From Sedimentisphaerales bacterium (GTDB taxonomy: Bacteria; Planctomycetota; Phycisphaerae; Sedimentisphaerales; Anaerobacaceae), in assembly GCA_963708075.1 (NCBI GenBank), contig OY970194.1, positions 5,440,001 through 5,504,000 of the forward strand: DNA of 64,000 nt, written 5' to 3'. Positions 40,776 through 49,850 of this stretch are shown piece after piece. Position 1 is the first letter of the stretch; each line of letters begins with the position of its first letter. The notes under the pieces were generated by a model. The model was given only the letters and a program-made list of their open reading frames with translations, had not been told where the DNA came from and ran no database searches. Position numbers and translations under genes: made by a program.

Positions 40776-41273
40776 ATGACGAAATTCGAAGTTCGAAATT
40801 CGAAATTCGGAATTGCAGCCGGCAGCGGCTTCAGCTTGCTGGAGCTCGTTCTCGTGGCGGGGATTATCGCCGTTGCAGCGGCGATGGCCATCCCGCGCTA
40901 CGGTGCAGCCGCCGGTCGCCACAAGGCCGATCTGGCCGCCAGGCGCGTGGCGGCGGACCTGCGCCAGGCGCAGTTGTACGCCAGGACGATCAGCAACTCC
41001 TGCACCGTCGTCTTCACCCCGGCGACGAGCACGTACCAGCTCACGGATGTTCCCGCGCTCGATGACCGCGAGGGTACATACATCGTGGATCTGAGACGGC
41101 CGCCGTATGAGGCGAGTATCGTTTCTGCAAGTTTCGGTGACACGGCCGCTCAGCAGGTTGTCTTCAGCGGATGGGGACTGCCCGACGTGGCGGGTACGGT
41201 TGTCGTAGCCGTCGGCTCCGAGCAAAGGACGATTTCTTTGGACGGCCGGACGGGGCAGGTGAGCATTCAATGA
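40776..41273 (+). CDS. Minor pilin, GspH/FimT-like
   Basis: G|FSLLELVLV; AARRVAADLRQAQ..A; VVFSGWG. Confidence 0.82.
   Translation: MTKFEVRNSKFGIAAGSGFSLLELVLVAGIIAVAAAMAIPRYGAAAGRHKADLAARRVAADLRQAQLYARTISNSCTVVFTPATSTYQLTDVPALDDREGTYIVDLRRPPYEASIVSASFGDTAAQQVVFSGWGLPDVAGTVVVAVGSEQRTISLDGRTGQVSIQ
40780..40814 (+). repeat. Heptamer tandem repeat (CGAAATT x5, degenerate) in prepilin leader
   Basis: cgaaatt cgaagtt cgaaatt cgaaatt cggaatt. Confidence 0.85.
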
Positions 41274-42421
41274 ACAGTCCAAATGGCCATCCAGATCTCG
41301 GATTGCGGATTTCGGATTGCGGATTTGCGCCGATCGCTGCTCCTGATCATCAATCATCAATCATCAATCATCAATCCCTTGGGTACACTCTGGTCGAGAT
41401 GGTTGTGAGCATGGGAATCATGGCTGTGCTCATGCTGGCAATCGGCTCGGCCATGCTCCTCGCCGCCCGCGCGATGCCCGACGCCCGCACGGTCACAGGG
41501 GCCATCGTCGATGCCGGCGCGGCCCTCGAGCAGTTCATGACCGAGTTGCAGTACGCCGTCAGCGTCGAAAACAGCTCGGCCACGATGATCGAGTTCACGG
41601 TGGCGGACCGTGACGGCAATGACATTCCCGAGGTGATCCGTTACGAGTGGTCGGGCACGGCCGGCGCCTCGTTGACCCGGCGGTACAATGGAGGCGCTGC
41701 GGTCCGGGTCCTTGACGACGTCCGGGAGTTCGCCCTCTCCTACGATTTGGAGGCGATGGACGCCGGGACTCCCCAGAACAACGAGAGTGCGGAGATGGCG
41801 CTAGCCGGCTTCGACGCGCTGCAGCACACGGACGGTCTTCCCATCAAGAGCAGTGAATGGTACGGGCAGTATTTTCTCCCGGCTCTGCCTGCCGACGCCG
41901 TGAGTTGGAAGGTGACACGCATCAGGATCCACGGCCGGACGGACGGATCTTCATCCGGCGAGAGTCGGGTCCAGCTCCGACTGCCGACCGCCGGGAGACT
42001 GCCGAGCGGCACCGTCCTGGAGGAGAAAACGCTGATGGAATCGAGCTTTCTGGCGGGATACTCGGAGCAGGAGTTCAGCTTCCTTACCGTCACGGGGCTT
42101 TCACCGACGCAGGGGCTCTGTATCGTCGTCAAGTGGATCTCCGATCTCATCGCATGCCAGTTGCGCGGTTATCATGAGGGCGCGAGTGCGACGGACAGTT
42201 TCCTGGTCAAAACGACCGACGGCGGTGCGACCTGGTCGGCGCCGGCAGGCTGCGGCCTGAAATACACCGTCTATGGCACCGTGACCACCGTGGGGATGCC
42301 TCCGGTGCAAAACGCGTGTTGTCTCCACCGGATAAGCATCCGCCTGCGCACGGGCACGGACAGCCAGGCGACGGTGCAATGCGGCGTGCGGATGCTCAAC
42401 AACGTGGAGATGGACCCATGA
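41270..42421 (+). CDS. Minor pilin, GspJ/PilW-like, with an extra beta-rich domain
   Basis: ATGA coupling at 41270; G|YTLVEMVVSMGI motif. Confidence 0.8.
   Translation: MNSPNGHPDLGLRISDCGFAPIAAPDHQSSIINHQSLGYTLVEMVVSMGIMAVLMLAIGSAMLLAARAMPDARTVTGAIVDAGAALEQFMTELQYAVSVENSSATMIEFTVADRDGNDIPEVIRYEWSGTAGASLTRRYNGGAAVRVLDDVREFALSYDLEAMDAGTPQNNESAEMALAGFDALQHTDGLPIKSSEWYGQYFLPALPADAVSWKVTRIRIHGRTDGSSSGESRVQLRLPTAGRLPSGTVLEEKTLMESSFLAGYSEQEFSFLTVTGLSPTQGLCIVVKWISDLIACQLRGYHEGASATDSFLVKTTDGGATWSAPAGCGLKYTVYGTVTTVGMPPVQNACCLHRISIRLRTGTDSQATVQCGVRMLNNVEMDP
41299..41376 (+). repeat. Two heptamer arrays (CGGATTG/T x4; ATCATCA x4) in prepilin leader
   Basis: Arrays at 41299-41326 and 41346-41376. Confidence 0.85.
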
Positions 42422-42999
42422 GCGTCTATAACGCAGCTTATGCAGGGGCAACCCCCTGTGGTTGCCGCCGGCGGGGGATTGGGCAGGCGCAGAGGCCTGC
42501 CCCTGCGGCGCTCCAGGACGGCGGGTTCACTATCGTGGAGGCGGTGATCTCGATGGTCATCGTCGGCGTCATGTTCGTCGCGGCGTTGAATACGGTCGGC
42601 GCTTCACGCCTGACGCAGCACCGAGCGGCGTCGATCAGCCGGGGCCGCCTGTTCACCGCGGGGCTCTTGTCGGAGGTCCGGGAGCAGAGCTACAAAGACT
42701 CCGGCGCCAGTCCGGTCTTCGGCCCCGAAGCGGACGAATCGACGGCTACGAGGGCGGATTTCGACGACGTGGACGACTACAATGGCTGGTCGGGTCCTCC
42801 GACGAACAAGGATGGGACCGCCCTGGCGAACTCCGCCGGCTGGATGCAGAGCGTCACCGTAGAATGGATCGACCCTCTCAGGCCGGACAAGACCGCGTCC
42901 AGTGAAATGAATGCCAAGCGTATCACTGTGACCACGACGTTCAACAGTGTGCCGCAAGTGACGCTGGTGGCGATCAGAACGGCGGAGGCAGCGGAATGA
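42418..42999 (+). CDS. Minor pilin, GspI/PilV-like
   Basis: ATGA coupling; G|FTIVEAVISMVIV; FDDVDDYNG motif. Confidence 0.8.
   Translation: MSVYNAAYAGATPCGCRRRGIGQAQRPAPAALQDGGFTIVEAVISMVIVGVMFVAALNTVGASRLTQHRAASISRGRLFTAGLLSEVREQSYKDSGASPVFGPEADESTATRADFDDVDDYNGWSGPPTNKDGTALANSAGWMQSVTVEWIDPLRPDKTASSEMNAKRITVTTTFNSVPQVTLVAIRTAEAAE
42442..42506. repeat. Degenerate GTAG-type REP doublet within prepilin leader
   Basis: GCAGGGGCA..TGCCCCTGC terminal IR with hairpins GGCAACC..GGTTGCC and GGGCAGGC..GCCTGCCC. Confidence 0.7.
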
Positions 43000-44306
43000 T
43001 CTCAAATATCAAAAATCAAAATGACCATCGCCGAAAGCGATCCCATATTTTTGATTCTTGCCTTTTGATTTTTGCAGTGTCCCGGCGAGACAGGGGCAGC
43101 ATATACCTGCACGTGCTTGCCAGTTCGCTGCTGATCAGCGTCCTCGGCTTGGGCGCGATGCATGCGGTCCGCATCCAGATGCGCTCGTGCCGGCTGGTGC
43201 GGGACTCCGCGGAGGCAAGGAGCTGCGCGACGTCGGCCATCGAGCTGGGTATGTTGCACATCAGGACCGACAGCGCATGGCGCACCACCTGGCCCAGTGG
43301 GACGTGGATGGAGGACCAGCCGCTCGGCTCAGGCACGTTCACCCTCCAGGGCACCGACCCGGCCGACAACGACCTGGCCGACTCGCCGTATGATGCGGTC
43401 GTCCTCACCGGCATCGGCGCCGGCGGGCAGGCCCGCCATATTGCACAAGTGGTGCTTGCGCCGGTCGTCGAGCCCATTGAGGCGCTGACTTCCTGCCTGC
43501 AGGGGTCGGGTTCCCTCAGGGTCACCGGCGGCAGGAAGATCACTGCCGGCGGCGCCCCGGTCTGCACCAACGACAGGTTGGACAACGACGGCACAATCGA
43601 GGGCAGCGCCGAGGCCCAGAGCCGCGAGCATGCCGGCACGATCACAGGGAGTCTGACCGTGCCTGGCGCTGTCAAGCGCATGCCGGATGCCGATGTGATC
43701 TCCAAGTACGCGGCCAAGGGCACCGTCGTCGCCTATGCGGCCACTTGCGAGAAATTCGTCCTGGGGCCCGGATACAGTTCCTTCGGCACGGCGGACCCGA
43801 ATGGGCTCTACGTCATCAACACCAGCAACGCCAATCTGACGATCCGAAAGTGCCGGATCTACGGCACGCTGGTCGTCCTGGCAGGCAGCGGGACCGTGAC
43901 AGTGGACGATCCTGTGTTGCTTCACAACTTCCGGTCTGACTTTCCCGTGCTGCTGGTGTCCGGCAATGTGATCATCAAAAACACCAGCGCCACCACGCAG
44001 CTCTCGGAAGCGACCCATACGATGAACTTCAACCCGGCCGGCGCGCCATATAACGGCAGCACGGACACGGACAAAGCCGATACCTACCCGAACGAAATCC
44101 GTGGGCTCGTCCATGTTGAGGGCTCTTTGCGGCTGCAACAGACCGCCGCCATCATCGGCGCAGTCATCTGCAATGGCCCGATAGAGTGCGACGGGACGAA
44201 CACGATCACCTATACGCCCAGCCTCTACGCCTGCCCGCCCAAGTGGTACACCTACGTGGACGGCATGAAAGTGTCCCCCGCGAGCTGGAAGCAGGTGGTC
44301 GAGTGA
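42996..44306 (+). CDS. PilX/GspK-like minor pilin with large C-terminal domain
   Basis: ATGA coupling; RG|SIYLHVL (no Glu5); A...A.SAIE.G; ends SWKQV. Confidence 0.72.
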   Translation: MISNIKNQNDHRRKRSHIFDSCLLIFAVSRRDRGSIYLHVLASSLLISVLGLGAMHAVRIQMRSCRLVRDSAEARSCATSAIELGMLHIRTDSAWRTTWPSGTWMEDQPLGSGTFTLQGTDPADNDLADSPYDAVVLTGIGAGGQARHIAQVVLAPVVEPIEALTSCLQGSGSLRVTGGRKITAGGAPVCTNDRLDNDGTIEGSAEAQSREHAGTITGSLTVPGAVKRMPDADVISKYAAKGTVVAYAATCEKFVLGPGYSSFGTADPNGLYVINTSNANLTIRKCRIYGTLVVLAGSGTVTVDDPVLLHNFRSDFPVLLVSGNVIIKNTSATTQLSEATHTMNFNPAGAPYNGSTDTDKADTYPNEIRGLVHVEGSLRLQQTAAIIGAVICNGPIECDGTNTITYTPSLYACPPKWYTYVDGMKVSPASWKQVVE

Positions 44307-44497
44307 GAAGGCATGTAGATGCTGGCTCGTTCTCCCTGGTCACCGTCCGGCGCCTCTTCGGACGGCACCTGTTCGACTACCGGCAAGTCAAACATTGTAC
44401 ACGGGGCAACGCAGTGAAGGATCTGGCCCGCGGAGCGGAGAAACCTCTCATTCGCCGACCAGATCCTTCGCACACGCTCCTGAGAAACTGACTAGCC

Positions 44498-44576
44498 GGG
44501 TGCCATGCCTACGCTTGCGTAGACATGTCCCACTCGATAGGCAAGGCATGCTTACGCGAGCGTAAGCATGGCACCC
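44498..44576 (-). repeat. Family B palindromic repeat (inverted copy)
   Basis: 79 bp, reverse orientation relative to 51181-51259. Confidence 0.88.
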
Positions 44577-44789
44577 AAACCATCCCATTTCCTCCCGACA
44601 CCAGCCGCGAAGCGACGCAGTGACTCGGGATGACAAACCGTGCCACCTGCCTTGTTTGTAGTGTGCCCGTAAGGGCATCAAGAGAAACGCCTCACGGCGT
44701 CACTACGAACGAAGCCTTCGGCCTTGCCGCTGCCACCCGAAGATACGGAGCTTTCAATCGTAATCGGTATCAGACACCGCACGCGAACG

Positions 44790-47159
44790 TCATCGACCAT
44801 GTCGGACGGGAGGCGCAACGGTGCCGTCGCCCTGGTCCGTGGTCCTCGGGTCCACCGGCTGATACTGCTCCTCGACTTCCGCCGGAATGTCGATCAGCAG
44901 GATCTCTCCGTCGAGCAACAGCAGGATGTCCTGGGCGAAGGCCAGCGCGCCCTGGCGGTTCTGGCCGGCCAATTGGGCGGCGATGTCGAAGAATTCGTCG
45001 GACCCGAACACGACGGTTCTGTGCGGCGTGACAATCGCCTGGATCTCCGCCAGCCGGCTGTCGATCCAGCGCCCGTCCTTGAAGTAGAACGTCAGGTCGT
45101 TCGCCTGCTGGGCGTTGACGATCCGTGTCCGCTCCATCTGCGAGTTCAGGTAGCTGCTGTCCCTGTTGAGCACGTCCTGGGCCCTCTGCATGGCCATGTT
45201 CATGCTCTGGCTCACGGCCCCTGTGCCGTCGCGGGTGGCGGCGCCCGTGTTGTAGAGGCTGTTCGTCGCCTGGCCGAGGAGCTGGGCGGCGTTGCTCAGG
45301 TCGGTGCCTTCGCGGGCGAGGAACGCCGTGTATTCCGTGATGATGCCGAACTCAGTCGAGAGCGTGATGATCGTCTCGGCCAGCTCCTTGATCTTGGCGT
45401 TGTTCGCGGTGACGGTCGGGTCGGCGCCCATCTGCCGGATGATCTCGATCAGCTCCGCGATCTTGCGGCTGGCCCACAGGCGGGGAATGAAGCCGTTGTC
45501 CTTGTCCGGCTTGTCGAACGCGAAGGTATGGGCGAACGTCCGGGGCCGGCCGAGGAAGTTGCCGCTGAATTCGAAGGTCAGAGGCGCCGCCCCGATGTAC
45601 CGGCCCAGCAGGACGAGCCGGTCGCCGTCGAACAGATCGGGCAGCACGGCGGGCAGAACGTCCTGTGTGCGGCCGACGGCTTCGTTGCCATCGGCGCTGA
45701 GCACGCGAAGTGCAGCATCCGCGAAAATCGGGCCGGTGAGGCTCTTGAACACGTTCGTCACAGCTACCTCGACGTTCTCGCCGGGCAGCACGAAGAAGGA
45801 TCGAGCCCGGGATAGTTGCGCCAGCCCGTCCAGCAGCGGCGCGTTCAGATCGACGCCGACGCCGAACGTGAAGACCCGCCGGTCAAACGGATTCGAGGTG
45901 AGCACCAGGTCCCGGATTGCCGTTTCGGCGGTGATCCCCGATGTGGGCAGGCCGTCAGTCAGGAAGAGCACGATCGGCAGCATCCCCGCCGTGGGTGCCT
46001 GGGCCAGCGCCGTCTGCAGGGCGCCATGCAGGTTGGTCATGCCCTGGGCGCTCGTCGCCCGGATGTAGCTGTGGGCCTGCGTCTCGGTGTCGGAGGACTT
46101 GATGACCGGCTGCTTTGCGAAGAGCTGGATGGCGTTGTTGTAAATGACCAGGTTGAAGGCCTCGCCGTTGTCGAGCCCGGAGACGACCTGGACCGCGGCT
46201 TCCTGGGCCTGCTTGATCTTCTCGCCGGCCATGCTGCCGGAGCGGTCGAGCACGAGCGTCAGCTCCCGTTTGATCGCGTTGACGTCTTCGGGGCGTTTGG
46301 CGGGCGTGCCGGCCAGCAGCAGGAAATAGCCGGTGTCGGCTGCGTCTTCATCGGGATACGCCAGCAGCGAGGCGTTGATGCCCTCGCCCTCCGGCAGGTA
46401 GGACAGCAGAAACGGTCCCGGCGTGAATTCCGCGTCGGGGTCGGTGATCGCGGTGACCTGGGTGGGACCGGTCCGGTGGGTGTAGATCAGGTGCGTCGGC
46501 GAATACACCGCCGAGATCGGCTGGCTGCTCTCGATACTCGCCGTGATCTTCCAGGGCACCTCGTACTGCAGGGACTCGGTGCGAGGCAGGCAGTAGTCCA
46601 CGCGATTGCCGTCGGTGCGCAGCACGTGCTCGTAGGTCAGGCGGACCTTCTGCAGGCCCTTCGGCTCGATGGGAAAGACGCTCGTGCCGATCAGGTTGTA
46701 GCCGATGAACTCGGCCAGGGCGGGGTCGCGAATCTTCGAGACCAACTGGTTGTAGATGCGCTTGGCCTCGTCTTTCGGCAGGACCTCGGCGGTGAACTGG
46801 CTGCTGGGGCCGTCGTAGGCAAAACCGCTGACCACCGCCTCATCGGCGATCGGGATGATCAACTTGGCCTCCTGCCGGGTGCTCGTGGTGTTCTGCAGGG
46901 AGATTTCGAGTGTGGTCTGTGCCGTCGCTTCGAGGATGCGGATCGTGGCGTCCACCCGCGTGATCCTGACGGCTCCCTGCTGCTGCGTCGTGTAGGCGTA
47001 CGTCCGGCTGTGCGGAATTACGACGTTGGCCGGCAGCTCGGCCTCCGTCGGATTCTGCTGCGCCTCCGCCGGCCCGGCCAGTCCCGCCAGCAGCGCGACG
47101 ACACAGGCCAGTACCGACACGATCTCCAATGGCTTGCGTGTTCTCCTTTGCGTTCTCAT
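44790..47159 (-). CDS. Secreted VIT + vWA domain protein
   Basis: Signal peptide; VIT region (RDPALAE); MIDAS DRSGSM and LTDG; RLWASRKI, ITEYTAFL. Confidence 0.87.
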   Translation of the reverse strand: MRTQRRTRKPLEIVSVLACVVALLAGLAGPAEAQQNPTEAELPANVVIPHSRTYAYTTQQQGAVRITRVDATIRILEATAQTTLEISLQNTTSTRQEAKLIIPIADEAVVSGFAYDGPSSQFTAEVLPKDEAKRIYNQLVSKIRDPALAEFIGYNLIGTSVFPIEPKGLQKVRLTYEHVLRTDGNRVDYCLPRTESLQYEVPWKITASIESSQPISAVYSPTHLIYTHRTGPTQVTAITDPDAEFTPGPFLLSYLPEGEGINASLLAYPDEDAADTGYFLLLAGTPAKRPEDVNAIKRELTLVLDRSGSMAGEKIKQAQEAAVQVVSGLDNGEAFNLVIYNNAIQLFAKQPVIKSSDTETQAHSYIRATSAQGMTNLHGALQTALAQAPTAGMLPIVLFLTDGLPTSGITAETAIRDLVLTSNPFDRRVFTFGVGVDLNAPLLDGLAQLSRARSFFVLPGENVEVAVTNVFKSLTGPIFADAALRVLSADGNEAVGRTQDVLPAVLPDLFDGDRLVLLGRYIGAAPLTFEFSGNFLGRPRTFAHTFAFDKPDKDNGFIPRLWASRKIAELIEIIRQMGADPTVTANNAKIKELAETIITLSTEFGIITEYTAFLAREGTDLSNAAQLLGQATNSLYNTGAATRDGTGAVSQSMNMAMQRAQDVLNRDSSYLNSQMERTRIVNAQQANDLTFYFKDGRWIDSRLAEIQAIVTPHRTVVFGSDEFFDIAAQLAGQNRQGALAFAQDILLLLDGEILLIDIPAEVEEQYQPVDPRTTDQGDGTVAPPVRHGR

Positions 47160-47718
47160 TTCTCCGCCCTTTCCAAATGAATGACCGTATGATGACACCC
47201 GGGTTCACACACCCGCGGCGAAAACATCACGCCGGCAGAATGCCTCTACAGCCGGGTGGCAGCGGCAAGCGCAGCCTGCCGATGGCTTCACCAGGCCTGT
47301 CGGAGCCATAGAGGGACTTTAAGGAAAGAAATGGAAACTCATGCCGAAACCCTTCCAAACGATTCCGCTCCGCCGCCGCACAGCATAGACCGCTTGCGTC
47401 TTTGCTGCCGGGCGACAAGAGCAACCCGTACATCGAAGGGCCGGGCCGGTAGGATATGAAGAAAAACACACTTATGATGGCAAACCCGAATTATGAAAGA
47501 CAAACACCGGCCTGCCTTTCACTCGCACTGCTATTTTACCCCCCTCATACGCCGGACCGCAACTTTTGTTTTGGCCTTTTTGGGCATTCTCGCCTGCATG
47601 TTGCTTGATGGCACGAGAGGGACTTTTCATTGCCGTCCGGGGACTCCGCATATATGATGGGCTGCCAACCGGTGGTGTGACCGGCGACTGATTGCCAGGG
47701 ACATACGGAGCGTGGCCA

Positions 47719-49239
47719 GTGCTGCACGGAATTGACTATTTCGTTGTCATCGCCTACCTCGTGGGCATCATGGTGCTGGGGCTGTACTTCGCAAGATTCG
47801 TGCGGTCGGCGGACGACTTTTTCCTGTCGGGCAAGACGCTGCCGTTCTGGGCCGTAGGCATGTCCATCGTCGCCACCGACATCAGCGCCATGGATTTCGT
47901 GGGCGTCTCGGGGCAATCCTACCGCTTCGGGGTCGCCGTGGGCAACTTCGACTGGCTGGGCTCGATGCCGGCCATGCTCCTGGCGGCGTTCATCTTCATC
48001 CCGTACTTCTGGAAGGCCGGCCTGTACACGATCCCCGAATACCTGGGCCGCCGGTATAACGACGGCGTCCGTGCCGTGGCGTCTATGACGTGGATCGTCT
48101 TCTTCGCCCTCGATCTGGGTGTGTTGTTCTGGGCGGCGGCGGTCATGTTCGAGCCGCTGATGGGCTGGCCGCCGTGGTTCTCGATCGTTGCGACAGCCCT
48201 TGTCGTCGGCCTCTACACCTTCTTCGGCGGCCTGACCGCTGTGGTGATGACTGACGTCGTGCAGATGATCATCATGTTCGTGGGCGGGGCGACGGTCCTT
48301 GTTGTCGGCCTCTACCATGCCGGCGGCTGGAGCGGCCTGACGGACAAGATCGCCGCCATGGGTGACGCCTATCAGAATCACTTCGAGCTGGTCCAACCCA
48401 TCGACACGCAAACCCCGTTTCCATGGACGGGCATCCTCTTTGGACTGACCCTCGTCATGTCCAATGCGTACATGATCGGCAACCAGGCCATCGTGCAGCG
48501 CTGCCTGGCGACCAAGAGCGTCTGGCACGCCAAAGCGAGCATGCTTACCGGCGCGTTCTTCAAGATGTTCATCCCCATGCTGGTCATGTTCCCGGGACTG
48601 ATCGCAATGGCCATGTACCCCGGGATGGAGGATGGGGACCAGGCGTTTCCTACGTTGGTGAAGAACTTGTTGCCGCCGGGACTGCGCGGGTTGCTGTTCG
48701 CCGGTTTTCTGGCCGGCCTGATGTCCACCATCGACTCGATCCTGAACTCCACGGCGACCCTCTGGACCAAGGACATTTACCAGAGGTGGCTGAAGAAGGA
48801 TGCAAGCGATCGCCACTACATGGCCGTAGGGCAGATAGCCACAGTGCTCCTGCTGATCTTCGGCGTGATCACTTCGCCACTGAGCAAGCAATTCCCGGGC
48901 ATTTACGTTGCCATTCAGACGTTCCTGTCGTTCTTCCAGGGCCCGGCGTTCTCCGTCCTGCTGCTGGGGATGTTCTGGCGCCGTGCCACACAGTGGGGCG
49001 GCCTGGTCGGACTGGTCGGCGGCATATCCACCTCGGCCCTGCTCTATATATTCAAAGGCAGCCTGTTCACGATCCAGGACCCGTTCCTGTACGTCTCATG
49101 GTGGTCCTTCGTGGCAGGCGTGCTGCTCAACGTGGCGGTGAGCCTGGCGACGCGGCCGCACCCGCAGGGGCGACTGGCCGGGCTCGTGTTCGGGTTGCCA
49201 AAGGAACCCAAGGGCAGTTGTGAGGCGGCGGTATGTTGA
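47719..49239 (+). CDS. Sodium:solute symporter (SLC5)
   Basis: DFFLSGK, TIPEYL..RY, GGLTAVVMTDVVQ, NQAIVQRCL, AGLMSTIDS; GGAG 8 nt upstream of GTG. Confidence 0.92.
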   Translation: MLHGIDYFVVIAYLVGIMVLGLYFARFVRSADDFFLSGKTLPFWAVGMSIVATDISAMDFVGVSGQSYRFGVAVGNFDWLGSMPAMLLAAFIFIPYFWKAGLYTIPEYLGRRYNDGVRAVASMTWIVFFALDLGVLFWAAAVMFEPLMGWPPWFSIVATALVVGLYTFFGGLTAVVMTDVVQMIIMFVGGATVLVVGLYHAGGWSGLTDKIAAMGDAYQNHFELVQPIDTQTPFPWTGILFGLTLVMSNAYMIGNQAIVQRCLATKSVWHAKASMLTGAFFKMFIPMLVMFPGLIAMAMYPGMEDGDQAFPTLVKNLLPPGLRGLLFAGFLAGLMSTIDSILNSTATLWTKDIYQRWLKKDASDRHYMAVGQIATVLLLIFGVITSPLSKQFPGIYVAIQTFLSFFQGPAFSVLLLGMFWRRATQWGGLVGLVGGISTSALLYIFKGSLFTIQDPFLYVSWWSFVAGVLLNVAVSLATRPHPQGRLAGLVFGLPKEPKGSCEAAVC

Positions 49240-49442
49240 ACTTCGACTGGCTCAAATGGGTGCCGATGCCGGCGGCCAAGGCCGTGTTTCTGGCCCTGTT
49301 CGTATTCTCCGGCCTGCTCGTGCTGACGATCCCGAAGACCTCGATCCTTGAGGGCGTTGAGAGCCCGCGGTGGTGGCACAACCTCAAGCTCTGGGCCCTC
49401 GGCGTGCTGGCCATCATCTTCACGATCTATCTCATCTTCTGA
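49233..49442 (+). CDS. Small two-TM membrane protein
   Basis: Overlaps the symporter stop; GAGG RBS; two hydrophobic helices. Confidence 0.7.
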   Translation: MLNFDWLKWVPMPAAKAVFLALFVFSGLLVLTIPKTSILEGVESPRWWHNLKLWALGVLAIIFTIYLIF

Positions 49443-49454
49443 CAGAGGGCAGCA

Positions 49455-49679
49455 ATGGCAGAGGCTCCAAACCACGATGATCCGCGAGTGCTCCATGACG
49501 TGCAGATCAACAACGCGCTCGGCATCTTCCTGGTCTTCTTCGGCCTGGTGGTCCTTGTGTCGATCTTCTTCACCGACACGGGAATCGGCAAACTCACAAA
49601 TCTTGGGGCCGGAGCCATCATCGGCGGTATCGGCGCCACCATGATGTACAAGGCCCGCCGTCTCAAAGAGCGCCGGTGA
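49455..49679 (+). CDS. Small two-TM membrane protein
   Basis: AGAGGG RBS; two hydrophobic helices and a basic tail. Confidence 0.7.
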   Translation: MAEAPNHDDPRVLHDVQINNALGIFLVFFGLVVLVSIFFTDTGIGKLTNLGAGAIIGGIGATMMYKARRLKERR

Positions 49680-49740
49680 CGCCGATCAGGGATTCGCGTT
49701 CTTTCCTGATGACTTCTGACAAGCGACGCCACCAATGACC

Positions 49741-49819
49741 GGGTGCCATGCTTACACTTGCGTAAGCATGCTTCGTCCATCGAATCAGACATGTCTACGC
49801 AAGCGTAGACATGGCACCC
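49741..49819 (+). repeat. Family B palindromic repeat
   Basis: GGGTGCCATG..CATGGCACCC, 79 bp. Confidence 0.9.
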
Positions 49820-49850
49820 GACCTTGACGACACCAGCCGCTGATAGTTCG

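Noticed and set aside
47479..47513. GGCAAACC..GAAA..CCGGCCT resembling a c-di-GMP-I riboswitch
   Set aside because: Bases needed to close the GAAA stem are missing; an Infernal search would be needed and the match looks coincidental.
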